Shown: positions 41,303 to 50,403 of the stretch, piece after piece | Position numbering within the stretch: the stretch's first letter is position 1 | Layout of the letters: each line of letters begins with the position of its first letter | Assembly (NCBI GenBank): GCA_026387355.1 | Contig: JAPLLW010000007.1 | Coordinates: 170,198-234,197 of the forward strand | Source: Candidatus Omnitrophota bacterium | Lineage (GTDB): Bacteria; Omnitrophota; Gorgyraeia; Gygaellales; Profunditerraquicolaceae | DNA length: 64,000 bases | Direction of reading: 5' to 3' | Made by a program: the position numbers and the translations under genes | Notes under the pieces: model-generated | Seen by the model: only the letters and a program-made list of their open reading frames with translations | What the model was told of the DNA's origin: nothing | Databases searched by the model: none

Positions 41303-43495
41303 CTAATTTTGAGTTTCCAGGCTCAAAATCTCTGCTTTTACCTCTTTATAGCTTATAAGATCCAAACTACTATAAATTTCCTGCGCCTGGCGCAGATGTT
41401 CCCTGGCTTTGCTCTTTTTACCCAGCTTCTTAAACAGCAATCCCAGATTTCGCTCTGCTGCGGCCAATTCTAGCCTTGAATGGACCTGGGTAGCAAATAT
41501 AACTGCCTGTTTTAAGGCCTCTTCTGCCTCTAGGGACCTATCCATTTCCATATAGAGCTCGCCAATCATGTTATAATCAGAAGCTAAATTTACCTTATTG
41601 CCCTGCAACTGATCAATTCTTAGGCCGGAAAGATAGGAATCTAGCGCCTTTTGATACTGTTTTTCATATAAATAGAGCTCTCCTAAGTTAAAATAGTAAT
41701 CGCTTAGCTCATGCTTAAGCGCTAATTTCTCAAAAAGCGCCTGGCTTTTACGGTAAAATTGTTGGGCAGTGCCATAATCGTCCTTATTAGCAAAAACCAG
41801 GCCAATATCAAAATAATCGCAAGCCAGATTATAACGATGCGCATAAAGATGCTGATGCTCTAAGTTAATAGCTGTGCTTTTAGTTAACAAAACAAGTGCG
41901 GTGTCGTAATCCTTCTTATCTGTATGCCAGACCGCAAGCTTACGCAGCGCTATAGCCTCATTTAACTTATCACCATGCTTGACTGCAAGATTAAGCGCCT
42001 TATTGTAGAAATCAAGGGCTTTTGCATATTCACCTTCTAATTGATAAAACCAACCGATTTCAATATACGCTGATAAAAGGCTCTTAGTATCCTGTTTTTT
42101 CTCAACCAGTAGCGCATAAGTAAAATAGAAATTAAGCGCTTTTTCTTTATCACCGGTCCGGTAATATGTATCTGCCAATAGGTGATAAATCTCGGCAAAA
42201 GACTTATCTTTACTAATTATTTGCTCACCTAGCCTAAACACCTCTTCATTCTTACCTTTAGCAAATAATTTATTTGCCTTTAAATAAAGATAATACGCTC
42301 CCGGGTTAGTGGTTGGCAACCACAAATAAAAGAATGTGCTTAGCAAGAAAATGCTCACTAAAAGAATAATTCCGGGTATCCATTTCTTACTTAATTTTAA
42401 TTTGTGCCTTGGCTTAATTGACTTTTGTTTTGGCTTAAATATAACAAAACCAGGATCTCCGTAAAGTAAGTAATTAGCCCAATGTAATGAAATTATCCCA
42501 TATTCGTTAACTAGTTTAACTCTGGCTAAACGCACGCTCTCTCCCACTGATCTTCCATGGATCAGACAATGATAAAATTCTTTGGCAAAGGTTAGGCTTG
42601 CGCAATCTTCAATTCTACGTATCGATCCTATATAATGCCTTACTCCGGAAAATAGAAATGCCGCAGCTAGAGAATAATTCTTTCTCTGATAATCATGTTC
42701 AATTATAACCTCAACTCCTGCTTGGGCTGAATGACATGCATTTGAGAATACCAGCGTCGGTAAAGAGGCAGCCTGGCCCATACTTAAAATATCCTGAATG
42801 GAAAATTTACCATCGCTTAAGACCCAGCCGCTATTCTTTGGGTTCTGCGCTACATATTCGCAATGACCGGCAAAATGAACTATATCGTAATCGCAAAAGT
42901 TCTTTTTAACATACAGTTTATCAATATTGGTTGATTTGAAATCCACATGCATGGATGAGATGCTACGAGAAAACTGATTCTTGATATTTAAACCCTCCGC
43001 ATATGCCGCTTTTAAATCATCGGTAGGATTAGCTAGAATTAGCATCTTATAGATGTGCGTAGGATTGCGGTACTGAAGTACGCCTGCCTGGCTTTTAGTT
43101 CTTACTTGCCTGCCAATATTAAAACTCAAACAGAGAAAGTTCTGCCCGTCATACAAAACCTCCCAGGGGATATTGATTAATTCTTCGTCGATAACCAGCG
43201 CTAGATTTAAGACTTCACTTGCCTTTAATCTCTCCTTAACTGAGCGGCTAAGTAGATGATCCCAAAGCGCCTGGCCTGTCTTTTGAAGGTTTTTGATTAT
43301 TGCAGAATCTTTTGCTTGGGCCTTGTTCCAAACTGAGGTAATCTCATGACAAAGCTTATCGATCTCGCTAAAATCTATCTTGTGCTGGCTATAACGCTTA
43401 AGCGTTGAAGCAGTCTCTTCTGAATCAAAGATACTCATCTTCAGAAGATCATCCTGCCGGCTTATTTCTAAAACTAATCCTTTTTCACTCTGCAT
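41303..43495 (-). CDS. CHAT-domain (caspase-like) protease, single TM helix, C-terminal TPR-repeat domain
   Basis: N-terminal ~350 aa show CHAT hallmarks: 'INIPWEVLYDG', catalytic His in 'IVHFAGHCEY' and catalytic Cys in 'LVFSNACHSAQAG'. TM helix 'IPGIILLVSIFLLSTFFYLWL' lies at about residue 372-392. About 330 aa of TPR-like repeats follow (repeated 'A..YY..G..Y...G.Y..AL..Y..AL'). Confidence 0.8.
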   Translation of the reverse strand: MQSEKGLVLEISRQDDLLKMSIFDSEETASTLKRYSQHKIDFSEIDKLCHEITSVWNKAQAKDSAIIKNLQKTGQALWDHLLSRSVKERLKASEVLNLALVIDEELINIPWEVLYDGQNFLCLSFNIGRQVRTKSQAGVLQYRNPTHIYKMLILANPTDDLKAAYAEGLNIKNQFSRSISSMHVDFKSTNIDKLYVKKNFCDYDIVHFAGHCEYVAQNPKNSGWVLSDGKFSIQDILSMGQAASLPTLVFSNACHSAQAGVEVIIEHDYQRKNYSLAAAFLFSGVRHYIGSIRRIEDCASLTFAKEFYHCLIHGRSVGESVRLARVKLVNEYGIISLHWANYLLYGDPGFVIFKPKQKSIKPRHKLKLSKKWIPGIILLVSIFLLSTFFYLWLPTTNPGAYYLYLKANKLFAKGKNEEVFRLGEQIISKDKSFAEIYHLLADTYYRTGDKEKALNFYFTYALLVEKKQDTKSLLSAYIEIGWFYQLEGEYAKALDFYNKALNLAVKHGDKLNEAIALRKLAVWHTDKKDYDTALVLLTKSTAINLEHQHLYAHRYNLACDYFDIGLVFANKDDYGTAQQFYRKSQALFEKLALKHELSDYYFNLGELYLYEKQYQKALDSYLSGLRIDQLQGNKVNLASDYNMIGELYMEMDRSLEAEEALKQAVIFATQVHSRLELAAAERNLGLLFKKLGKKSKAREHLRQAQEIYSSLDLISYKEVKAEILSLETQN

Positions 43496-43500
43496 TCTGC

Positions 43501-44202
43501 TTAACCTTTTATATCTAATATAATTGAAGCAAGTTTGCCTTTGTCGCTAAGCACCTCTAAACTATACCTACCCAATAAAATATGCTCAAAAACAACCGGG
43601 CCAACGGCGCCAGAATATGATTCCAACTCCAAATTATCCTTAAACAGAGAGACTCTTAAATCCTTAATTGCATCCTGGCTGCGCTTATCTGCCACCTTAA
43701 TTATGACATTAAAATACTTATCACCTTTATTCTCAATTCTTACTTCTATTTTTTTATCGCCGATGTTTTTTAAAATCACTACCTCACCCTTAAAATCTTT
43801 TATGTTACGGCTGCGTAAAACCGGAGCCGGAATCAACTCCTGGCCCATAAGAATATCTCCGGTTGTATTAATTACCTCGAAAACATTTTCCTTAAGCCTT
43901 AACAATATCTCAAATACATTGAGCTTATTGCCTGCATCTAACAGCGCTCTTACGCGACAAAGCAGTTCCTCGGGGACATCTAAAGCTTCTGACTTCTCGC
44001 TATTTAGGCTAAGCGCTAAAATCTCTGCGCAACTTTCACATGTTAATAGATGTGTTTTAATACGCTCGCTTTCTTCGGACGGCAAGACCCCATCTAAGAA
44101 ACAGGCAAAAGTCTCATCATCCGGATGCTCTCCTTCAATACGGGAGCGCTTCTTCGCTCTTCTATAAAGCAGCTTAACTAACTCTTCAAACTTCTCAGAC
44201 AT
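43501..44202 (-). CDS. anti-sigma factor with N-terminal zf-HC2 (ZAS) domain
   Basis: 'FACFLDGVLPSEESERIKTHLLTCESCAEIL' matches the zf-HC2 consensus (..YLDGEL...E...VE.HL..C..C...L). Lies directly downstream of the ECF sigma gene. No TM helix evident. Confidence 0.65.
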   Translation of the reverse strand: MSEKFEELVKLLYRRAKKRSRIEGEHPDDETFACFLDGVLPSEESERIKTHLLTCESCAEILALSLNSEKSEALDVPEELLCRVRALLDAGNKLNVFEILLRLKENVFEVINTTGDILMGQELIPAPVLRSRNIKDFKGEVVILKNIGDKKIEVRIENKGDKYFNVIIKVADKRSQDAIKDLRVSLFKDNLELESYSGAVGPVVFEHILLGRYSLEVLSDKGKLASIILDIKG

Positions 44203-44234
44203 AGTCCTCTCCTACAATAATAGACGCGCTCACA

Positions 44235-44840
44235 CTATAAATCTAACTTAAATCCTTTTCCCTTAAAACACTCCTGCAGCTTCTCAATGAACCTGGCTTT
44301 CTGCATATCTATAGCGCCACGCGAAAGCTTTAAAAAATCCTTTAATACCTCCAGCTTTATCCCCTGGTTAATATTTAACTCAATAAGATACTTCTCCTGC
44401 TTACTTAACTTTTCAATGCAATCATTTAGACTATTAAGCATCTCTTCGTAATTTAAAAGGTCCGGAATAGAGATTGAGTTATCGGTTAATAAGTCTTTGA
44501 GGGCGACACCTTCCCCAACTTCCGCATCAAGGGAAACAGTTGATTTAAGCCTGCGTAAATAATCAAGCGTCAGATTTATGGTAACCTTCCTTAGCCATGA
44601 AGCCAGACTGCAACCGTTTATAGCCTTAAAACTGCGTAGTTTCTTGTAGTCGTCTTGGATTAAAGCAGAAAATAGCTCTTGGAAAATATCTTCGATGAAA
44701 TCCTGGTTAGCAGAAAAACCCTTTGAATTTAAGACACTGTGGATGTACTTGTAGATTAACAGGCGATAACGCTTCAAGAATTCATCCCAGGATTGCTTAT
44801 TACCACTACAGCATCCCTGGACAAAATCCAGATCGTTCAT
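44235..44840 (-). CDS. ECF-type RNA polymerase sigma-70 family factor
   Basis: Region 2 ('LIYKYIHSVL...DIFQELFSALI...WLRKVTINLTLDYLRR') and region 4 HTH ('LSKQEKYLIELNINQGIKLEVLKDFLKLSRGAIDMQKARFIEKLQ'). 201 aa. Confidence 0.75.
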   Translation of the reverse strand: MNDLDFVQGCCSGNKQSWDEFLKRYRLLIYKYIHSVLNSKGFSANQDFIEDIFQELFSALIQDDYKKLRSFKAINGCSLASWLRKVTINLTLDYLRRLKSTVSLDAEVGEGVALKDLLTDNSISIPDLLNYEEMLNSLNDCIEKLSKQEKYLIELNINQGIKLEVLKDFLKLSRGAIDMQKARFIEKLQECFKGKGFKLDL

Positions 44841-44877
44841 AGGTGCATTATAGCATTTTCGACCCTAAAAACAACAA

Positions 44878-44969
44878 TAAATGGGGTCAGAATTAATTCA
44901 AATAAAGGGGTCAGAATTATTTATTCAAACCTTAATAGCCGGAATAAATAATTCTGACCCCTTTATTTC
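44878..44969. repeat. palindromic mini-repeat element, composite (half short-form + full long-loop form; copy B)
   Basis: 'AATAAATGGGGTCAGAATTAATTC' is the left half of the short palindrome. Then come the arms 'AAGGGGTCAGAATTATTTATTC' / 'GAATAAATAATTCTGACCCCTT' around a 15-nt loop. The element abuts the stop codon of the gene ending at 44969. Confidence 0.7.
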
Positions 44970-47191
44970 TACTTTGGGTCAAAAAGTGTCCCCAAGAGCA
45001 ATAGGCTGCTCAACTTAAAAGCGACAATAAGTAAACAAGCGTTAAAAAAGCCTAGGATTGGTAAAAATACAACTCCTGCGAATATACCAGCTAACCAACC
45101 ACCTATAAGATCGCAGGCATAAAGTACACCTGAAGTACTACCTACCTTATCTTCTTTACTAGAGTATAACTTTCCAGCTAAAGGAAATTCCAACCCCATC
45201 AACATCCCTGATATGAAAAACAACAAGTAAAAAACTGTTGAATTTACGAATCCTGCAAAATTAACGATAAAATACCCAACACTAAAAGAAAATACAGCAA
45301 TTAATATCTCTAGCTTAATTAAGGTACGCAAAGCATTCTTTAATTTAGCAAGTTTAGCAGAAATTAAAATACTACCAGCTGCAATTCCAGCCATAAATAT
45401 AGCGGTTAGCATGCTTATATTCTGATATAAAGACCCATAAAAAGCCTGGTATGCAAATATCAACAGCAGATTAACCAACATCCCAAAGAATCCGGTTGTA
45501 AAAATTGCGTAGGCAACTGGAATCTTCTGGCTACGTCTCAATTTTGCTACTAAACATACTCCTAGTACAATCAATAAAACCATAATTAAACTAATCTTTA
45601 GATTTACATATTCAAAATAATCAAAAACCCTGCTAAATTGCGCTGAAAACTTTTTATTTATAATCATTAGCGTCTGGAAAACTGCTAACGGACGCAAATC
45701 CCGATTCTGCTCTTTTGTTGCTCCGGACATTTGCCGATTAAACCAATCTACCCAATCGTTGCTTAATCTATATTCAAGATATTTTGGAATTAAAATATCT
45801 TGCGGTATATTATTCCTAAATATTCTTTCGGATAATACTTTCGAACTAACTTGCATAATTTCACTAGAATCAGAGGCAATAAATATATTGCAATCTCCGG
45901 GTATCACTCGCACATACTTATTAACAAACCTCAACGAATTTAACACACTAGCATTTAAGTCTTTTAATTCTTGGCTCATATACGCCAATGAACCCGGCAT
46001 CCATAATGCTAGCAAACCGCCAGGATTTAAATGCTGCTTAGCTAATGCAAAAAACTCTGTAGTAAAATATCGATTACTTGATAAATCGGATTGATTTGAA
46101 AACCCAAACATTATTACATCGTAATGCGATTTATTATCTCTTAAGAATAACTTGGGGTCTGTATTAACTATTTTTATTCTCCCGTCGCTGAATTCCTTGA
46201 CCGTTAAAGCTGTGGAATACTTTTTAAGCTTTTCTATGATTATCGGGTCAATTTCAACATAATCTAACCTTTTAATTGGATACTGTAAAATCTCAGCAAT
46301 CAAACCACCCGCTCCTGAGCCTGCCAATAAAACCTTTTGTGGGCTAGGACTAAATAATAACGGAAGATTACCAAATTCCTTTACAAATTGCTTATCAGGA
46401 TACGGCGAGATTATAATCGGAATACCATTATAAAAGAATGTATACTGCTCAAGCTTTTTCGTAACAACGATATTGGCATAACTGGAATTTTGATAGTTCA
46501 AGACCTGCTGATTACTCCACTGTTTTTTCACTGACTCGCTCTGAAAATTATCTATTATGCTGCGCGAAAATAGAACAAAAATCAAAATAACAACAGCGGT
46601 AGCCAGATGTTTTATATTTCTTTTCGGGATTAATTGTACAGAAACCACTAAATTCAAGAATGAAATAATAAAAACGGTTTGAAAAGAATTAAAATTAGGG
46701 ATAAGCGCATATGTCAAAAGGGCTCCACCGATAATTGTCCCTAAAGTTTCCCAGGTATATATTTTACCCAGCGAATTCTCAGGCTTTTTGAGCGAATACA
46801 CCTTACAACCACAACTAAACAGACCGCCGTGTAAAAAAGCTAACGGCAAAATTATTAGAAACGACACGCTAAATATTACGGGTAAAGAAATACCTTCGGC
46901 AAAAGGTATTCCTAGAATTGTCTTAAATATCCTTGAGTAATAAATAGCAACAGGCAAAATCAAAGAAAATATGGTATTCATAACGATAAAGAAACTTAAT
47001 CTAGCCTTGATCTTATCTACAAGCTTTCCAATTACGTAGACGCCCAATGCCTCTAGAATCACCCAATTAGCCAGTATGATGCCAATGGTAAGTTCATTCC
47101 CCTGAAAACTCACCAATAGCTCGCGCAAGATAAGCACCTGCGCAACTATTCCGCTTAACCCGACTAGTAATATGGCAACTAATATATTCAT
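44969..47191 (-). CDS. polytopic membrane protein with embedded spermidine-synthase-like (aminopropyltransferase-fold) domain
   Basis: About 8 N-terminal TM helices. Central 'KVLLAGSGAGGLIAEILQYPIKRLDYVEIDPIIIEKLKKY' resembles the spermidine synthase SAM-binding signature. More TM helices at the C-terminus. The ORF track begins at a TTG at 47203; the ATG at 47191 (MNILVA...) is the more likely start. Confidence 0.65.
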   Translation of the reverse strand: MNILVAILLVGLSGIVAQVLILRELLVSFQGNELTIGIILANWVILEALGVYVIGKLVDKIKARLSFFIVMNTIFSLILPVAIYYSRIFKTILGIPFAEGISLPVIFSVSFLIILPLAFLHGGLFSCGCKVYSLKKPENSLGKIYTWETLGTIIGGALLTYALIPNFNSFQTVFIISFLNLVVSVQLIPKRNIKHLATAVVILIFVLFSRSIIDNFQSESVKKQWSNQQVLNYQNSSYANIVVTKKLEQYTFFYNGIPIIISPYPDKQFVKEFGNLPLLFSPSPQKVLLAGSGAGGLIAEILQYPIKRLDYVEIDPIIIEKLKKYSTALTVKEFSDGRIKIVNTDPKLFLRDNKSHYDVIMFGFSNQSDLSSNRYFTTEFFALAKQHLNPGGLLALWMPGSLAYMSQELKDLNASVLNSLRFVNKYVRVIPGDCNIFIASDSSEIMQVSSKVLSERIFRNNIPQDILIPKYLEYRLSNDWVDWFNRQMSGATKEQNRDLRPLAVFQTLMIINKKFSAQFSRVFDYFEYVNLKISLIMVLLIVLGVCLVAKLRRSQKIPVAYAIFTTGFFGMLVNLLLIFAYQAFYGSLYQNISMLTAIFMAGIAAGSILISAKLAKLKNALRTLIKLEILIAVFSFSVGYFIVNFAGFVNSTVFYLLFFISGMLMGLEFPLAGKLYSSKEDKVGSTSGVLYACDLIGGWLAGIFAGVVFLPILGFFNACLLIVAFKLSSLLLLGTLFDPK

Positions 47192-47200
47192 ATCAGTAAA

Positions 47201-47236
47201 CAAAAAGGGGTCAGAATTAATTCTGACCCCTTTTTG
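47201..47236. repeat. palindromic mini-repeat element, short form (copy C), acting as gap terminator
   Basis: 'CAAAAAGGGGTCAGAATTAATTCTGACCCCTTTTTG' is a perfect 36-bp palindrome between gap (end 47273) and the downstream gene start. Confidence 0.75.
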
Positions 47237-47272
47237 TTAGGAATAACTAGATGAACCGCATAAATTCAGCTA

Positions 47273-48325
47273 TTATAGCCCTTTCTTGATTATATACTCG
47301 CACAGATCAACCACTCTGTTTGAATAACCCCATTCATTATCATACCAAGAGAGCACCTTTATAAAATCATCCTGAATAACCTTAGTACACCCTGCATCAA
47401 CTATAGAACTTAAAATACAGTGATTGAAATCAACTGAGACAACCGGATCCTCAGTATACCCAAGGATTCCTTTCATCCTACCCTCAGAAGCCTCTTTCAT
47501 CGCTGCATTTATCTCCTGAACTGTAGCTTTCTTAGCTAGTAAGCAGGTTAAATCAACAACCGAAACATTCGGCGTAGGTACACGGATAGCAAAACCATCA
47601 AGCTTTCCCTTTAAATCAGGGATAACTAACGAGATTGCTTTTGCTGCGCCAGTTGAAGTAGGGATCATGGAAATAGCTGCTGCGCGTGCGCGACGCATAT
47701 CAGAATGAGCCATATCCTGTATCCTTTGGTCATTAGTGTAAGAGTGGATTGTAGTCATTAAGCCTTTTGTTATACCCCACTTGTCATTTAAAACTTTTGA
47801 GATAGGAGCGAGGCAATTCGTAGTACAGGATGCATTCGAAAGTACATTATGAATTTTAGGATCATACTTATCCTCATTAACACCCATAACTATGGTAATA
47901 TCTTCGCCTTCAGCAGGTGCAGAGATAACCACCTTCTTTGCTCCACCCATAGTAATATGACTTTCAGCACCCCTTACCTCTTTACCCTTCTTATTTATTC
48001 CGTCTTTCTTAATCGTAAATAAGCCTGTGGATTCAACTACTATTTCAACCCCTAAATCTTTCCAGGGTAACTCAACAGGATCCTTCTTACTTAAAACTTT
48101 GATCTCTTTACCATTTACTGAAATGACATCTTCACCCACAACTTTGATTTCACCGTTGAAGCGTCCATGCACTGAATCATACTTTAAAAGCAGCGCATTT
48201 GATTTTGCATCAGTTAAATCATTCACAGCGACGAGCTCTAAATCCTTAGAGTTCTTTTCTAAAATAGCGCGGGCAACTAACCGGCCGATCCTTCCAAAAC
48301 CATTGATACCAATCTTTACAGCCAT
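47273..48325 (-). CDS. gap: glyceraldehyde-3-phosphate dehydrogenase (type I)
   Basis: '[12 protein letters not shown]' NAD motif and '[12 protein letters not shown]' active-site Cys. 350 aa. Confidence 0.9.
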   Translation of the reverse strand: MAVKIGINGFGRIGRLVARAILEKNSKDLELVAVNDLTDAKSNALLLKYDSVHGRFNGEIKVVGEDVISVNGKEIKVLSKKDPVELPWKDLGVEIVVESTGLFTIKKDGINKKGKEVRGAESHITMGGAKKVVISAPAEGEDITIVMGVNEDKYDPKIHNVLSNASCTTNCLAPISKVLNDKWGITKGLMTTIHSYTNDQRIQDMAHSDMRRARAAAISMIPTSTGAAKAISLVIPDLKGKLDGFAIRVPTPNVSVVDLTCLLAKKATVQEINAAMKEASEGRMKGILGYTEDPVVSVDFNHCILSSIVDAGCTKVIQDDFIKVLSWYDNEWGYSNRVVDLCEYIIKKGL

Positions 48326-48365
48326 TTTGTTTCCTCCTTTTAAGCAATATGTTGGTTAATTATAC

Positions 48366-49350
48366 CTATTTCGAATTTAAATATTTAGCGGCTAACTCCG
48401 GAGGCGTAGAATTGACGTAGAAACCCGTACCCCATTCAAAACCTGCGACCTGTGTCAGCTTAGGCATAAACTCAATATGCCAATGATAAAACTCTCCGTC
48501 CCCTTCACCATTAATCGGAGCAGAGTGAACAATATAATTATATGAAAGATTCGGGAAAACCCTCTTCATCTTTACAATTGTCTCTTTTAGGATCTCTCCA
48601 AGGGCAGAGAGTTCTCCGGATAAATCCTGACAAAAATGACCGCTATGCTTCTTAGGAATTATCCAGGTTTCAAAAGGAAAACGCGAAACAAAAGGGCAAA
48701 AAGATAAAAAGAACTTATTCTCCGCAACTATGCGCTCTTTTTCCTCAATCTCTTGTCTGATAATATCGCAAAATATGCATCGCTCCCGGAAATCAAAATA
48801 TGCCTTTGCCCCATGTATCTCCTCTAGCGCATTCTTGGGAACCATAGGAAGCGCAACAATCTGTGTGTGTGGATGCTCTAAGGACGCCCCTGCTGCAGGA
48901 CCAAAATTCCTAAAATACATCAAATATTTAAAACGTTTATCTTTTGCTAAATCCGTTCCTCGACGGCAACACATCCTTAAATAATTTTCAACTTCAATCT
49001 GAAATATCTTTTGCATGATACGGTGTTTCAATTAAAACCTCATGCGCACCAACGCCATTTGACATATCATAAAGACCAAGTGGCCTACGATCAAGATCAC
49101 CTTCAATCTGTAAGGCAGGATATTTATTTGCCACTACGCGCACCTGCCACCCTGAACTGTTCGGCCAGGTCTGAGGATCACGAATTGACTCAATTTCGGG
49201 AGGAGTCATAGACTCATTGCCGTAACAAAATGGACAGACTCCGCCTTTCGGGACATACTGATCGTATTGAAAATCATCCGGTCTCGAAGGATGATCTGTA
49301 TCTACAATCACCCACCTACCTACAATAGGATCTTTTCTTAATTCAGCCAT
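48366..49350 (-). pseudogene. GalT-like HIT-family hexose-1-phosphate nucleotidyltransferase, frameshifted (two overlapping ORFs 48994..49350 and 48366..49031)
   Basis: The N-terminal ORF ('ELRKDPIVGRWVIV...CPFCYG...') and C-terminal ORF (canonical 'HPHTQIVALP' HxHxQ) together are collinear with the intact paralogue upstream. A +1/-1 shift occurs near 48994-49031, in an A/T homopolymer context. Confidence 0.6.
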
Positions 49351-50375
49351 TAAGCTTCTACTCCCCTTAAAAATTTAGCTCCCTCTTCAGGAGACAAAGG
49401 ACAGATATAAAAACCCGTTCCCCACTCAAAACCAGCTACGCGCGTTAAACGCGGCATAATTTCAATATGCCAATGAAAATCCTGATCCAGCGTCTTCCAG
49501 TAGCCTATTTTTTCCCTACGAAAAGGCGCGGTGTGGATAACATAATTATACGGCGGGTCATTTAGCCCCTTCTTAAGCTTCGAAAGCACAATCTTCATTA
49601 CCTTGCCAAGATTCTTTAAAGATTCGCTATCCTGACAGGTAAAATCGCAGCAATGTTTTTTAGGTAATATCCATATCTCAAAAGGAAAACGCGCCGCAAA
49701 AGGACTAATTGCTACAAATCCATCTAGGTCCAGAACAACTCGATCCTTAGTCGCTATCTCCTGTCTAATTACATCGCAGAATACACATCTCTCGTGATAA
49801 TCATAATATTGTTTACTACCGGTAAGTTCTTCTTTTATGCGCTTAGGAGTAACTGGTGTTGCGATAAGCTGGCTTCTTGAATGCTTTATCTGGCTGCCGC
49901 CGGCATCCTTACCATAATTCTTAAAAATACAGGCATATTTAAATCGCTGGTCTTTTTCGAGGTCTATAATCCTATCAGAATAGCACTTTAATACTTTGGC
50001 TATCTGATCGCTACTTAAATCCGCCATATTGGCAATATGCTGATTAGTTTCAACGATCATTTCGTGGGCACCTACGCCATTCATCATATCATATAGCCCT
50101 TTTCCTCGACGATCTAACTCGCCTTCGACCCTTAAGAATGGCGCAATACTAGGCACAACCCTTAAGTCCCAACCAGGAGCATTCGCAGGCGTATTGCGCG
50201 GCCTTACAGCATAAACCTCAGGAGGAGTCTGTGATTCCGCCCCTTCGCAAAAAGGACATGGTTTTTCAGGACTGGTATCTTCAGATTTTACATTAAACTG
50301 ATCCGGCCGCCTGGCCCTCTCAGTTGAGATAATTACCCATCTTCCTATAACTGGATCTTTTCTTAATTCTGGCAT
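49350..50375 (-). CDS. GalT-like HIT-family hexose-1-phosphate nucleotidyltransferase / ADP-glucose-phosphorylase-like (variant active site)
   Basis: 'ELRKDPVIGRWVII', Zn site 'CPFCEG', and 'GSQIKHSRSQLIATP' where the canonical H-x-H-x-Q appears as H-S-R-S-Q. 341 aa. Confidence 0.65.
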   Translation of the reverse strand: MPELRKDPVIGRWVIISTERARRPDQFNVKSEDTSPEKPCPFCEGAESQTPPEVYAVRPRNTPANAPGWDLRVVPSIAPFLRVEGELDRRGKGLYDMMNGVGAHEMIVETNQHIANMADLSSDQIAKVLKCYSDRIIDLEKDQRFKYACIFKNYGKDAGGSQIKHSRSQLIATPVTPKRIKEELTGSKQYYDYHERCVFCDVIRQEIATKDRVVLDLDGFVAISPFAARFPFEIWILPKKHCCDFTCQDSESLKNLGKVMKIVLSKLKKGLNDPPYNYVIHTAPFRREKIGYWKTLDQDFHWHIEIMPRLTRVAGFEWGTGFYICPLSPEEGAKFLRGVEA

Positions 50376-50403
50376 AGTAAAAAATTATAGCACAACGAAC
50401 CTT

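Noticed and set aside
43535-44167. 210-aa plus-strand ORF antisense to the anti-sigma gene
   Set aside because: Low-complexity Ser/Leu-rich translation with no start context. The minus-strand frame carries a clear zf-HC2 motif, and every neighbouring gene is on the minus strand.
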